NCBI GenBank assembly: GCA_016235455.1
Contig: JACRKZ010000073.1
Location: 14,175 to 78,174 of the forward strand
Direction: 5' to 3'
From: Armatimonadota bacterium
GTDB lineage: Bacteria > Armatimonadota > UBA10988
Length of the DNA: 64,000 nt
Positions 30,797 through 41,133 of this stretch are shown piece after piece (within the stretch, counting starts at the first letter, position 1; every line of letters starts with the position of its first letter). The notes below the pieces were generated by a model. It made no database searches. It was not told where the DNA came from and saw only the letters and a program-made list of their open reading frames with translations. A program made the translations under genes and the position numbers.

Positions 30797-30879
30797 ATGA
30801 CCATGGAGCACAGCCGCCCGCGACCGCGCGCGACGAGTCGACCAACGCACAGCCGACGGCGGCTGTGCTCCATGGTCAT
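30797..30879. repeat. REP/REPIN-like inverted repeat with 22-bp perfect arms
   Basis: ATGACCATGGAGCACAGCCGCC (30797-30818) and its reverse complement (30858-30879); right arm overlaps an internal palindrome GCACAGCCGACGGCGGCTGTGC. Confidence 0.75.
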
Positions 30880-30893
30880 TCGCGCAGGCGACC

Positions 30894-31946
30894 TTAGTGC
30901 TTCCTCAGCAGCCACTTGACCACGCCGAGAATGCCCTGACGCCAGGCCACGCGGTGGGTGATGCCCGTGGCGCCGGCGATCTCCGCCTTGTGCTCCAGGT
31001 ACCACTGGTAGCTGCGGATCAGTGCGTCGGCGTTGGAATACTTGGGATTCCAGCCCAGTTGGGACTCGATCTTCTCGGTGGAGACAAACGAATCCGTGTC
31101 GGCCGTGCCGTACACCCACTTGTACAGCGGCGACAGGCGCAGCACTTCAGCCACGCGCAGGAAGAGCTTGACACCGGGCGCCCAAGTGCCCATGACGCGC
31201 GCGCCGTTGCCCGCGTAGTCGCACAGCGCGCCAACGTCCTCGTTGACGGTGCGGAAGTCCTTGGCGCCGACATTGAACGTATCGTTGACCTTGTCGAGCG
31301 GGCCGCTCAGGCCGAGCCAGATGGCCTGCACGAGGTCGCATACCTCAAGCAACTGGTAGCGGTTGGTGCCCGGTCCGATGACCGGAATGCGGCAGCCGCT
31401 CTCCACCCAGTCGTAGAGGATCTGGAACACGCCCAGCCGGGCCGTGCCGATGAACGTCTTGGGTCGGATGACGCAGACCACCAGGCCCTTGTGCCGCCAG
31501 CCGGCGCACAGCTCTTCCGCGGCGATCTTGGTCTCGCCGTACGGGCCGACACCAACCATCGGATCGGTCTCGTAGAGCGGGTGCTTGTCGGGCACGCCGT
31601 AGACGGCGGTGGACGAGATCTGCACCATGCGCTGTACGCCGGCGTCGACGCAGGCCTGCAGCACGTTGCGTGTGCCGTCCACATTCACCGTGTAGATGTC
31701 TTCACGCTTCCACAGCGGCAGCGCCGCGGCGCCGTGCACCACCATGTCGGGCTTGTGCGCCGCGAACACCTCGGCCAGGCGGTCCTCATCGCGAATGTCG
31801 CCTTGCTCGTAGATTGTGCCGTCGGGATACTCGGCCAGCTCCGCCGGCACGAGATCGAAGAGCACGAACTCGATCTCCTTGTCCCGCAGGTCGTTGGCGA
31901 TGTGGTAGCCCAGGAACCCGGATCCACCGGTGATCAGCAACTTCAC
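30894..31946 (-). CDS. NAD-dependent epimerase / 3-beta-HSD-like SDR
   Basis: ITGGSGFLG, SSTAVYG, YGETK; AGGAGAG RBS, GTG start. Confidence 0.88.
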   Translation of the reverse strand: MKLLITGGSGFLGYHIANDLRDKEIEFVLFDLVPAELAEYPDGTIYEQGDIRDEDRLAEVFAAHKPDMVVHGAAALPLWKREDIYTVNVDGTRNVLQACVDAGVQRMVQISSTAVYGVPDKHPLYETDPMVGVGPYGETKIAAEELCAGWRHKGLVVCVIRPKTFIGTARLGVFQILYDWVESGCRIPVIGPGTNRYQLLEVCDLVQAIWLGLSGPLDKVNDTFNVGAKDFRTVNEDVGALCDYAGNGARVMGTWAPGVKLFLRVAEVLRLSPLYKWVYGTADTDSFVSTEKIESQLGWNPKYSNADALIRSYQWYLEHKAEIAGATGITHRVAWRQGILGVVKWLLRKH

Positions 31947-31959
31947 GACGTCTCTCCTC

Positions 31960-33174
31960 TTAGCTGTGGCCTGACTTCTGCTTGGCGGCCGGGGTGGGCG
32001 GCGTGGCCGAACCGGTGGACGCGCTCTCGGCGGCCGGCGGGGCACTCTTGGCGCTACCGCCGGCCGGGGCCGCGCCCTCGGCGGGCGTGCTGGACTCGGC
32101 GGGCGGCGGGGCGCTCTGAGCCGTCGCGGCGGCCGCGGGCGGCGCGATGACCTTGGCCAACTCGGTCAGGCTGGCGGCCAGGCGGTCGTTGTTGCGCTTG
32201 GCCGAGGCCCAGTTGCCTCGACCCAGGGCGTCGGCCAGCCAGCGGCGCGACACCTCCAGCAGGTCCATGGCCTCCAGCGCCGTGGTGTCGCTCAGCGCGA
32301 TGACCAACTCCTGCAGCCGCTTGCGGGCCTGCAACGCGTTGCGGCCCAGCAGGTCGCTGACAATCGCCACCTGCGCGGCCATGCCCGCCGGGTCGGTGAG
32401 CGACACCGCCGGCATGGCGCCGGCATCGCTGGCGGCGGGGTCGGCTTCGGTCAGCGAACTGGCCGGCTCCTTGGCGCCCGCGGCCGGCAGCGCGCTGTCC
32501 GACTTGGCGGTGGGCTGCGGCAGCATCTCCAGCGCGCGGCGCAGATGCTCCTGCGCGGTCTTGACCGCGGCGGCCTCGGTGGTGGCATCGGTCACGCTGT
32601 ACAGCGCGCCGAGCGCGTAGTTGACCTCGTCCCAGGCAGGCTCGCTGGCCAGGTTGGCGCGAATGGCTTCGAGCGCGGTGCCCAGCAGCGCCAGGTGGGT
32701 GGCGGCGCGCAGCGCGTCGTGGTTGGTCACCTGACCGGCCAGGTGCCGCTGGTGCGACATGGCGGCGGTGAGCCAGCCGTTACGCCGCTCGGTCTGGGCG
32801 GCGCGGAAGGCTTCGGCCTCGGCTCGGCGCTTGGCGCCGCCGGCGGTCAGCGCGGCCTGATCGAGCGCGGCGCGGCTGGCGCCGAGGAGCGCGTCCGCGG
32901 CACCTTCGGTGCTGGTCGGCTCTTTGGCGTCGGCCTTGGTCTCGCTGTCGCTCTTGGCCGACTCGGTCGCCTTGGCGGGCTCCGCAGCTTTGGCCGCGGG
33001 CGCTGGCGGCGGCGGGGGCGGGGGCGTGGCGCTCGCCGTGGTGACCGGGGCGACGGCGGGCGGCGGCGGCGCTCCCTTCTTGGCCTGCTCCAGGCTGCCC
33101 TGTCGGATCTCACACCCGGCCAACAGCCAGCAGGTGAGACACGCCGCGATGAGACCCCATTGCCGCACGATCAT
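31960..33174 (-). CDS. Hypothetical lipoprotein with Pro/Ala-rich linkers
   Basis: Lipobox LLAG-C after a hydrophobic signal; GGAGAG RBS. Confidence 0.65.
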   Translation of the reverse strand: MIVRQWGLIAACLTCWLLAGCEIRQGSLEQAKKGAPPPPAVAPVTTASATPPPPPPPAPAAKAAEPAKATESAKSDSETKADAKEPTSTEGAADALLGASRAALDQAALTAGGAKRRAEAEAFRAAQTERRNGWLTAAMSHQRHLAGQVTNHDALRAATHLALLGTALEAIRANLASEPAWDEVNYALGALYSVTDATTEAAAVKTAQEHLRRALEMLPQPTAKSDSALPAAGAKEPASSLTEADPAASDAGAMPAVSLTDPAGMAAQVAIVSDLLGRNALQARKRLQELVIALSDTTALEAMDLLEVSRRWLADALGRGNWASAKRNNDRLAASLTELAKVIAPPAAAATAQSAPPPAESSTPAEGAAPAGGSAKSAPPAAESASTGSATPPTPAAKQKSGHS

Positions 33175-33206
33175 TGCCAGGCTCTCCGCCTTCCCAAACT
33201 GCGCCG

Positions 33207-33215
33207 AGTATAGCA
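33207..33215 (-). promoter_or_regulatory. Extended -10 promoter of the lipoprotein gene
   Basis: Minus strand TGC-TATACT about 30 bp upstream of the start. Confidence 0.5.
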
Positions 33216-33439
33216 TCCCGTTCCGGCTACGGTCTAGCCGGGTGCGCGCGGCGTAGGGCGTAGCCAACTGCGTTGGCTCTGGCGTGGGGCGAGCGTGCCG
33301 CGGTATGTCGTGTTCGCCGGGCCGGCGGCGACAAGGGCGGCGGGACGTGGCGCGGCCCCTCTGCTCGCCTCGCGCCTCGCGCGCGTCCTTGACCGGCCGG
33401 CTGCAACGGGGCACCCTGATAGCGAGCAGGGAACCAAGC

Positions 33440-34558
33440 ATGACCATCGACACCGACCGCGTGCGCCAGACTCTGGTGCAGCTCTTCGAGACGCCTTCGT
33501 ACGCCCGCGCCGAGGCCGGCGTGGCCGCCGTCGTCAGTGCGCGCCTGGCCGAGCTGGGCCTGGCCGTGGAGTCCGACGACTGCCATCTGCGCATCGGTGG
33601 CGACTGCGGCAACCTACTATCCCGCGTGCCCGGCACCGCCGATGGGCCGACGCTGCTGTTCAACAGTCACTTGGACACAGTGGAGCCGACCGACGGCCTG
33701 CGGCTGACCATCGAGGAGGACGCCATCCGCACCGACGGCACCACCGTGCTGGGTGGCGACGACAAGGCCGGCGTGGCAGCTATCCTGTGCGGAGTCGAGG
33801 CGGTGTTGCGGGCCGGGCTGCCGCATCCGCCGCTGGAACTGCTGTTCACCGTGCAGGAGGAGATCGGCCTGTTCGGCGCCAAGGCGGTCGACCCCGCCTG
33901 GCTCGCGGCCAAGGTCGGCTTCGTGCTCGACCATGGCGTGCCCGTCGGCCAGATGGTCGTCTCGGCGCCCAGCCAGACCACGCACGAGATCGTCTTCCGC
34001 GGCCGCGCCGCCCATGCCGGCGTGGAGCCCGAGAAGGGCATCAACGCCATCGCCTGCGCCGCCGACGCCATCGGGCGGCTGCATCAGGGCCGCATCGACC
34101 ACGAAACGACATGCAATGTCGGCGTGATCAGCGGCGGCCGCGCCACCAACATCGTGCCCGAAGAGTGCCGGCTCAAGGCCGAGGTGCGCAGTCGCGACCA
34201 GGCCAAGCTCGAGGCGCAGGTGGCCCATCTGCGCGAGTGCTGCGAGGCGGCGGCTGAGGCGTTCGGCTGCGAACTGCGCTTTGGTCGTGAGGAGGCTTAT
34301 CGCGCCTTCCGCATCGACCCCGACGAGCCCGTCGGCCGGCTGGCCGCGGCCGGAGTGCGCGCCGCGGGACTGGAGCCGGCCTGGGCCGACGGCGGTGGTG
34401 GCAGCGACGCCAACGTGTTCTGCGCGGCGGGACCGCGCTGCGTGGTCATGGCTTGCGGCGAGCGCGAAGTGCATACGCACCGCGAGTACGTGCTGGTCAG
34501 CGATGTCGTGGCCGCGGCGCGGGTCGTGGCAGGCATCATCACCGCGGCGGCCATGTAA
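33440..34558 (+). CDS. M20 family peptidase T-like metallopeptidase
   Basis: SHLDTV, GGDDKAG, QEEIG, HAG.EPEKG, GGGSDAN, HTHRE. Confidence 0.9.
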   Translation: MTIDTDRVRQTLVQLFETPSYARAEAGVAAVVSARLAELGLAVESDDCHLRIGGDCGNLLSRVPGTADGPTLLFNSHLDTVEPTDGLRLTIEEDAIRTDGTTVLGGDDKAGVAAILCGVEAVLRAGLPHPPLELLFTVQEEIGLFGAKAVDPAWLAAKVGFVLDHGVPVGQMVVSAPSQTTHEIVFRGRAAHAGVEPEKGINAIACAADAIGRLHQGRIDHETTCNVGVISGGRATNIVPEECRLKAEVRSRDQAKLEAQVAHLRECCEAAAEAFGCELRFGREEAYRAFRIDPDEPVGRLAAAGVRAAGLEPAWADGGGGSDANVFCAAGPRCVVMACGEREVHTHREYVLVSDVVAAARVVAGIITAAAM

Positions 34559-34612
34559 CGGAACATCGGCCGCTTTTCGACCGTCTTCATGCCCGTCTAG
34601 CGACGATGACGT

Positions 34613-36619
34613 ATGAGACGGGAGATGCGGGTGATGAGCAGCTTGGGCATTCGGGGCTTGGCGCGACTGGCGTGTGCGGTGGTCTTGATGGCCGCGAGCG
34701 CGGCGCCCGCGCAGAAGTTCGACAAGCCGTTCCACACCGTGGTCGTCCTGCCGGCCACCACGACCAGCAAGTCCGACCGCATGGCGCCCTGGACGCTCGG
34801 CTGGCAGTACCTGATCCAGGAGCGGCTGCGCGAGTTCCCGGGCATTGACGTGCCGCGCCTGCAGAGCCAGTCGGACTTTGTGGACCAGTGGCAGGCCGGC
34901 ACGCTGGACGTGACCAAGATGGCCGTGCGCGACCAGATCGCCAAGGCCTTCGGCGCCGACCTGATCGTGGCTCCGGCCATCGTCGCGGGCCCGCCGGAGT
35001 GGGCGGTCAAGATCGATCTCATCGATACCAAGGTCGGGCCAGAGCCGCGCGAACTGGCCACCGCCAAGGGCGCGCTGCCCACCTCCGTGGTCGACAGCGC
35101 GGCGGTGGCCATCCTCAAGGCAGTCTTCGCCGAGGACAACATCACCCTCGAGCCCTGGAGCGCGGCAACCGCCGTGGCCGGCGCGGCGCCGGTGGACATT
35201 CCCGCCGCGGCGGTCAGCCAGTTTGTGGCCACGTTCAGCCTGTGGCCGTACACCGAGAAGGCCGACGCCGGCAAGGGCAAGCTCGACCAGGCGCTGTTGA
35301 GCATGGAGGCCCTGGCGCGCGGCGGCTCTCCGCTGTGGCTGATGTACCAGCGGGCCGCCATGTGCACCATTGCCGCCGGCAAGCCCCAGTTGGGCCTGGC
35401 CGGCCTGCAGAACTGGGCCGGACGCGAGACGCGGGGCACTCGCTCTCACCTGCTGGTGGGCCAGCTCCAGGTTGCCTCGGGCAACGACGCTGCTGCCGCG
35501 CCCGAACTCCTGCAAGCCGCCAACAACTCGCGCGGGTCCATCCCCGCGGTGACCGCTCTGGCCGGGTGCCTCAAGCACATGGGCCAGCCCGCCGCGGCGC
35601 TGGCGCAGTATGACGCCGCCGCCACCATGTGGCCCAACGTACTGCCCTTCCAGATGGCGCGCGGGCAACTGGCGCTGGACAACGAGCAGCCCGAGCTGGC
35701 GCTGCGGGCCTTTCGCGCGGCGACCCAGTTGGCGCCGGGCAACCGCGCCGCCCTGCTCGGCCTGGCCAAGGCGCAGGTCGCCACCGGTCGACCGGCCGAC
35801 GCCGTACTCACCGCCGCCGAGTTGCTCAAGGGCACGCCCGACGACCCGGCTGTGCTGGAGATCAGCGCCAACGCCGCGCTGGCTGCCGGCCAGTGGGATG
35901 TCGCCATCGCCTCGGCGACCAAGCTGGTCGCGCTGCCGGAGTCCAAAGTCGAAGCGCTGGTGGTGCTCGGTCGCGCCAACTATGGCAAGCAGGACTGGCC
36001 GGCCGCCATGGCCGCACTGGGCCGCGCCTGCAAGAAGCTCCCCAAGGATATCGATCTGGTGCGCACGTTGAGCTCGGCCTGTGTGCTGGGCGGCAAGCCC
36101 GAAGAGGCCGTGGCGGCGTTGACTGCCGCGCTGGCCGCCATCGAGGATTCCAAGCGGCCCGGCCTGCAAGTGGACCTGGCGTCGGCGCAGTTCTACGCCG
36201 GTCAACTCGACCCGGCGCTGGCCACGGCCCGCGAATCTCTCAAGGCTTCGCCCAATCAGCCCGCCGCGCGCTTCCTTGAGGCGCGGCTGCTGGTCTACAA
36301 GCTGCAGTATGCCGAGGCCATCAAGGCCGAGGAGACCGCGCTCGGCCTGGCCGGCGCCAACGGCGCGCCCTTGCAGGCCGCCGTGGCCGACCTCGAGGGT
36401 GATGTGAAGGCTTCGCCCGCGCTCGACGGCGCCAAGCTTGTGCTCGGCTACCTGTACGAAGCCGCTGGCCGCGCCAAGGATGCCCGCCAGCTGTACCGCA
36501 GCTACGAGCTGAGCCCCAAGGCCGACGCCGCGCTCAAGACCTGGGCGCAGGAGCGCATGAAGCAGATCGATAACCCGCGCGCGGTAGGCCAGCGGCCCGG
36601 CACGCCACGCCCGATCTAG
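34613..36619 (+). CDS. Secreted tetratricopeptide-repeat protein
   Basis: Signal peptide; many Ala/Leu helical repeats with TPR-like P turns; start may be 34625 or 34634. Confidence 0.75.
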   Translation: MRREMRVMSSLGIRGLARLACAVVLMAASAAPAQKFDKPFHTVVVLPATTTSKSDRMAPWTLGWQYLIQERLREFPGIDVPRLQSQSDFVDQWQAGTLDVTKMAVRDQIAKAFGADLIVAPAIVAGPPEWAVKIDLIDTKVGPEPRELATAKGALPTSVVDSAAVAILKAVFAEDNITLEPWSAATAVAGAAPVDIPAAAVSQFVATFSLWPYTEKADAGKGKLDQALLSMEALARGGSPLWLMYQRAAMCTIAAGKPQLGLAGLQNWAGRETRGTRSHLLVGQLQVASGNDAAAAPELLQAANNSRGSIPAVTALAGCLKHMGQPAAALAQYDAAATMWPNVLPFQMARGQLALDNEQPELALRAFRAATQLAPGNRAALLGLAKAQVATGRPADAVLTAAELLKGTPDDPAVLEISANAALAAGQWDVAIASATKLVALPESKVEALVVLGRANYGKQDWPAAMAALGRACKKLPKDIDLVRTLSSACVLGGKPEEAVAALTAALAAIEDSKRPGLQVDLASAQFYAGQLDPALATARESLKASPNQPAARFLEARLLVYKLQYAEAIKAEETALGLAGANGAPLQAAVADLEGDVKASPALDGAKLVLGYLYEAAGRAKDARQLYRSYELSPKADAALKTWAQERMKQIDNPRAVGQRPGTPRPI

Positions 36620-36654
36620 AAGGAGGTCCGGCGCCAGAGGCCAACCAGGGCCCC

Positions 36655-37395
36655 ATGAACGAGCCCTGGTACGAGACTTACTTTGGCGCCGACTACCTGA
36701 GCATCTACCGCTTGGCCGACACGGCCGAGCAACTGGCCCTGCTGGAGGGTCTGCTGGCCCCCTTCGCCGGGGGCCGCATCCTTGATCTGCCTTGCGGCCA
36801 CGGCCGGCACTCGGTGCCGCTGGCCCAGCGCGGGTTCCAGATGGTCGGAGTCGACCTGAGCTCGGTCTTCCTCAATGTGGCGCTGAGCGCGGCACGCGCG
36901 GCGCGGACTCCGGCCCGGTTCGCACGCGGCGATATGCGCGCCATGCCGGTGGGCACCGACTCGGTTGATGCCGCCATCTGCATGTTCACCAGCCTGGGCT
37001 ACTTCGACTCTGACGACCAGCATCTGGGCGTACTGCGCGAGTTTGCACGCGTGGTCCGCCCGGGTGGCGCGCTGGTGCTCGACCTGGCCAACATCGACGC
37101 TGTTCGCGCCCAAGCCGACAGTGCGCACTGGACCAAGGACGGGGTCGAGGTCAGCTCCCACTACAGCTTCGATGAATCCGCCAAGCGCGCCCGGACCGAA
37201 CGCCTGGTTACCTTCGCCGACGGTCGCACCGCACACTATGAGAGCAGTGTCCGGCTTTTCGAGGAAGCCGAGATCCTTGATCTGCTGAGCGCGGCCGGCT
37301 GGCGGGTGTCGGAGCAGCTCGGCAGCTACGCCGGCGGGTCCGTCTCGCCGCGGCTGCCGCGGCGCATCCTGGTCTGCTGGCTGGCCGCGGTTTAG
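36655..37395 (+). CDS. Class I SAM-dependent methyltransferase
   Basis: ILDLPCGHGRH, GVDLS, GDMR, FTSLGYF, VRPGG. Confidence 0.9.
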   Translation: MNEPWYETYFGADYLSIYRLADTAEQLALLEGLLAPFAGGRILDLPCGHGRHSVPLAQRGFQMVGVDLSSVFLNVALSAARAARTPARFARGDMRAMPVGTDSVDAAICMFTSLGYFDSDDQHLGVLREFARVVRPGGALVLDLANIDAVRAQADSAHWTKDGVEVSSHYSFDESAKRARTERLVTFADGRTAHYESSVRLFEEAEILDLLSAAGWRVSEQLGSYAGGSVSPRLPRRILVCWLAAV

Positions 37396-37440
37396 GATTT
37401 TGTAACCGTGCCGCGCCTGCGGCTTGGTAGAAGCATCCCT

Positions 37441-39372
37441 ATGGAGCCGAGCGTGCCGGGCGAACAGTGTGGGAGCGTTGGGCGTGGCGCCCGTTGGCGC
37501 TCGTCGATGGGGCTGGTCGCCTTGGTGGCCCTGGTTGTGTGGGGCCTGGCGTGGCTGGGTGCCTTCACGCGCATTGACCTGGCGCTACATGACTGGTTCG
37601 CGCGGGTGGCTGATGCGCGACGCGGTGACCGCCCGTCCAGGCTGCTCATCGCCGATGTGTCCAGCGCGCGGGCCGAGTCCTGGCAGCACGACCTGCCCGG
37701 CGGCCGACGGGACCTGGCGACGCTGGTGACGGCGTTGGCACGTGGCGGTGCGCAGGCCATTGTCGTCGACGTGCCGCTCGAGGTGGGTGGTGGCCACGAT
37801 GACGAACTGGCCGCCGCGATGCTGCGCGCGGGCAATGTCGTGCTACGCGCCCAGCTCACGTCGCCGCGGCCGACAGAGTATGCCCTGACGCTGCTGCCGG
37901 CTGACCTGTCGCGCGCCGCGGCCGGCAGCGGGTTCGCCTTGTGGCCCGCCGATCTCGACGGGGTGGTGCGACGCATGGCCACGGCCCTGCCCCACGTGCA
38001 GGCCAGCTCACTGGCGGAGGCGGCGGCCAACGTGGCTGGAGCAGCGGTGCCAGCGGGCGGTGGTCGCGGTCGGACCGAGCGGGGCCGGACGATGCTGCTC
38101 AACTGGGCGGGCCCACCTGGGCGCGGCTTTGCCGTCCAGCGCTGTGAGCGCCTGACGCCGGCCGACATGGCGCACCGCATCGTGGTGGTGGGCGTGGCCG
38201 ACGTGACGCGGGGTGGCTACACCACACCGCTGGCGCGGTGCTTGCGGCCCGATTGGCTGGACCGCCGGCCGGCCTACATGAGTTCGCCTGAACTGCTGGC
38301 CAACGCCATCGAGAGTGTGATGTCGGGCCGGTCGCGGCACGAGGTCGGCCTCCTGGGCCTGGCTGTGCTGCTGGTGCTTGGCGCGGCGGCCGGCTACGCC
38401 GCCAGCCAAGGCGAGCGGCCCCTGGTCAGCGCGCTGGCGGTGCCCGCCATTCTGGCGTTCTATGTGGGGCTGGCCGCGGTGCTCGACGGCGGCGAGTTGG
38501 CCTGGTTGCCCGTGGCGGCGCCCATGGCCGCGATGCTGTTGTGCGCCGTGTCCGGAGCCTCCGCGCGCGCCGCGAGCCGCGCGGCTCGACTGGTCGCCGA
38601 GGCCGAGGCGGCCGAGCGCGAACGGCACCGGCTGGTCGAACTCGACACGGCCAAGCGGGCGGTGCTGGCGACGATTGTGCACGACCTGCGCAACCCCGTC
38701 ACGGTCATCAAGGGCCAGGCGCTGACGCTGCTGGCCGACCCCGAGATGCGGCTCGGGCCGCGCGTCCACGATGAGTTCCTCCGCGGCATCTCGGTGCAGT
38801 GCGACCGGTTGACGCACACCGTCGAGGATCTGCTCGATGTCGATCCCGACCGGTCCATCAATCTGCTGGTCAGCCCGGTGGATGTGGCGGCCGTGGTGCG
38901 CCGCGTGTCGGAGTCCTACAGTCTGCAGAGTCGTCGGCACGCGCTACGCCTGGAGGTGGAGGAACTGGGCGAGGTGCTGCTCGACGAGAGTCGCTTCGAG
39001 CGCATCCTGGCCAACCTGGTCAGCAATGCCGTCAAGTACAGTCCCAAGGGTGGCGTGGTGACCGTCGGCCTGAGCGGTGACCCAGCGCGCGCCTCGTTCT
39101 GCCTGTCGGTGCGCGACGAGGGCATCGGCATGCGGCCCGATCAGGTGGAGCGGCTGTTCGGTCTATTCGTGAGAGTCCTCGACGACCCGCGCGATATCCC
39201 CGGTGTGGGCGTCGGCCTGCACTCGGTGCAGCGCCTGGTCAAGGCCCACGGCGGCCGGCTGGAGGTCACCAGCGCCCCAGGCCAGGGCAGCGAGTTCCGC
39301 TGCTGGCTACCGTGGCGCACCGTGGAGCTCGACCACCCGCCGTCGCTTGACAGGCCGCCTGTCGGTGGATAG
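37441..39372 (+). CDS. CHASE2-domain sensor histidine kinase
   Basis: DDELAAAM...GNVVL, DLDGVVRR, three TM helices, HDLRNP, NLVSNAVKYS, DEGIG, GVGL; start approximate. Confidence 0.88.
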   Translation: MEPSVPGEQCGSVGRGARWRSSMGLVALVALVVWGLAWLGAFTRIDLALHDWFARVADARRGDRPSRLLIADVSSARAESWQHDLPGGRRDLATLVTALARGGAQAIVVDVPLEVGGGHDDELAAAMLRAGNVVLRAQLTSPRPTEYALTLLPADLSRAAAGSGFALWPADLDGVVRRMATALPHVQASSLAEAAANVAGAAVPAGGGRGRTERGRTMLLNWAGPPGRGFAVQRCERLTPADMAHRIVVVGVADVTRGGYTTPLARCLRPDWLDRRPAYMSSPELLANAIESVMSGRSRHEVGLLGLAVLLVLGAAAGYAASQGERPLVSALAVPAILAFYVGLAAVLDGGELAWLPVAAPMAAMLLCAVSGASARAASRAARLVAEAEAAERERHRLVELDTAKRAVLATIVHDLRNPVTVIKGQALTLLADPEMRLGPRVHDEFLRGISVQCDRLTHTVEDLLDVDPDRSINLLVSPVDVAAVVRRVSESYSLQSRRHALRLEVEELGEVLLDESRFERILANLVSNAVKYSPKGGVVTVGLSGDPARASFCLSVRDEGIGMRPDQVERLFGLFVRVLDDPRDIPGVGVGLHSVQRLVKAHGGRLEVTSAPGQGSEFRCWLPWRTVELDHPPSLDRPPVGG

Positions 39373-39375
39373 ACT
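39347..39375 (+). promoter_or_regulatory. sigma70 promoter for purM and downstream genes, embedded in the kinase 3' end
   Basis: TTGACA-17 bp-TAGACT, 19 bp before the purM ATG. Confidence 0.65.
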
Positions 39376-39394
39376 CGACGCCCGAGGACCCCGT

Positions 39395-40432
39395 ATGCAC
39401 ACTGGCAGCTACGCCGCCGCAGGCGTCGACATTGCCGCCGCCGACCGCACGCTCGAGCTCATCAAGCCGGCCGTTCGCGCCACCTACACACCCTCCGTCG
39501 TGACCGATGTGGGCAGCTTCGGTGGCATGTTCGCCCTCGACCTATCGCGCTGGAGCCAGCCGGTCCTGGTGGGTAGCGTCGATTCCGTGGGCACCAAGGT
39601 CATGGTCGCGGCCGCGGCTGGCCTGCACCGGGGCATCGGCTTCGACATGGTCCATCACGCGGTGAACGACATCGGTGTGATGGGCGCCGAGCCGCTGTTC
39701 TTCCTCGACTACTACGCCACCAGTCGGCTCGATCCCACGTCGGCCGCGGAGGTCATCTGCGGCTTGGCCGAGGCCTGCCAGGCGGTCGGCTGTTCGCTGA
39801 TCGGCGGCGAGTTGGCCGAACTGCCGGGCATGTACACCGAGGGTCATTACGACCTGGTCGGCACGATTGTCGGCGTGGTCGACCGCGCCAAGGCCATCGA
39901 CGGTAGCCAGGTGGCCGAGGGCGACGTGTTGCTGGCGCTGCCCAGCGTGGGCCTGCACACCAACGGCTTCTCGCTGGCGCGCAAGGTGCTCCTGGCGGAC
40001 GCCAGGCTCGACCTGCACAGCACGCCCGACGGGCTCGGCGCCACGCTGGCCGAGGCGTTGTTGGCGCCGCACCGCTGCTATCTGGCGCAGTTGCAGGCGC
40101 TGGCCGGGGCCGGCCTGCTGCGCGCCGCGGCGCATATCACCGGCGGCGGTGTCTATGACAACCTGCCGCGGGTGCTGCCCCGGGGCCTGGGCGCCGAGGT
40201 CAAGCGCGGCACGTGGCCCGAGCCGCCCATTTTTGGACTGATTGGCAACCTCGGCCAGATTCCAGAAGGCGATCTGTTCAAGACGTTCAACATGGGTCTG
40301 GGCATGATCGTTGTCGTGGACCAAGCGCGGGCCGAAGAGGCCATCGGGGTGGTGCGCTCCACCGGTCTCGATGCCTATCGCGTGGGCCATGTTACCACGC
40401 GGGCCGAAGGCGTTGTGCTACAAGGCAGGTGA
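39395..40432 (+). CDS. purM: Phosphoribosylformylglycinamidine cyclo-ligase (AIR synthase)
   Basis: YAAAGVDI, DSVGTK, VND, GAEPLFFLDY, GGELAELP, HTNGFSL, HITGGG, TFNMG. Confidence 0.96.
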   Translation: MHTGSYAAAGVDIAAADRTLELIKPAVRATYTPSVVTDVGSFGGMFALDLSRWSQPVLVGSVDSVGTKVMVAAAAGLHRGIGFDMVHHAVNDIGVMGAEPLFFLDYYATSRLDPTSAAEVICGLAEACQAVGCSLIGGELAELPGMYTEGHYDLVGTIVGVVDRAKAIDGSQVAEGDVLLALPSVGLHTNGFSLARKVLLADARLDLHSTPDGLGATLAEALLAPHRCYLAQLQALAGAGLLRAAAHITGGGVYDNLPRVLPRGLGAEVKRGTWPEPPIFGLIGNLGQIPEGDLFKTFNMGLGMIVVVDQARAEEAIGVVRSTGLDAYRVGHVTTRAEGVVLQGR

Positions 40433-40435
40433 GCC

Positions 40436-41131
40436 ATGGCGGATGGTCGCATCCTGGTGGTTGAGGACAATCCCGACATCACCGATATGCTCAAGGTGAT
40501 GCTCGGTGCCGAGGGCTATGAGGTGCTGTCCGCCGCTGATGGCGCGCAGGCACTGGCGACCATCAAGCAGGAGCCGCTCGATCTGGTCATCCTTGACCTG
40601 ATGCTGCCCATCATGGACGGGCTCGAGGTGTGCAAGCGCACGCGCGAGATCTGCCAGGTGCCCATCATCATCCTCACGGCCAAGACCGGCGAGGTGGACA
40701 AGATCGTCGGGCTCAACAGCGGCGCCGACGACTACGTCGAGAAGCCGTTCAGCCCTGGCGAACTGATCGCGCGCGTCCGCGCGCAGTTGCGCCGTTCGCG
40801 CTTCGGTGGCGGCCATGCCGCCGACGGGCCGCGCATCACCGTCGGCCAGTTGGTGCTCGATCCGGGCTCGTACGAGGTCATTCTGCACGGCAAGACCGTG
40901 AACACCACGCGCCTGGAGTTCGAACTGCTCTATACGCTGGCGCAGCGGCCCGGGCGCGTGCTGACCCGCGAGCAGTTGCTGGACATGGTGTGGGGCGAGA
41001 AGGAATTCATCCAGCCGCGCGGCATCGACGTGCACATCCGCCGGCTGCGGCTCAAGATCGAAGACGACCCGCGTCATCCGCGCCGCCTGCAGACCGTGCA
41101 CAGCGTGGGCTACAAGCTGGTGGCTGTGTGA
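40436..41131 (+). CDS. OmpR/PhoB-family response regulator
   Basis: ILVVED, DLMLP, GADDYVEKPF, winged helix IDVHIRRLRLK. Confidence 0.95.
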   Translation: MADGRILVVEDNPDITDMLKVMLGAEGYEVLSAADGAQALATIKQEPLDLVILDLMLPIMDGLEVCKRTREICQVPIIILTAKTGEVDKIVGLNSGADDYVEKPFSPGELIARVRAQLRRSRFGGGHAADGPRITVGQLVLDPGSYEVILHGKTVNTTRLEFELLYTLAQRPGRVLTREQLLDMVWGEKEFIQPRGIDVHIRRLRLKIEDDPRHPRRLQTVHSVGYKLVAV

Positions 41132-41133
41132 GC

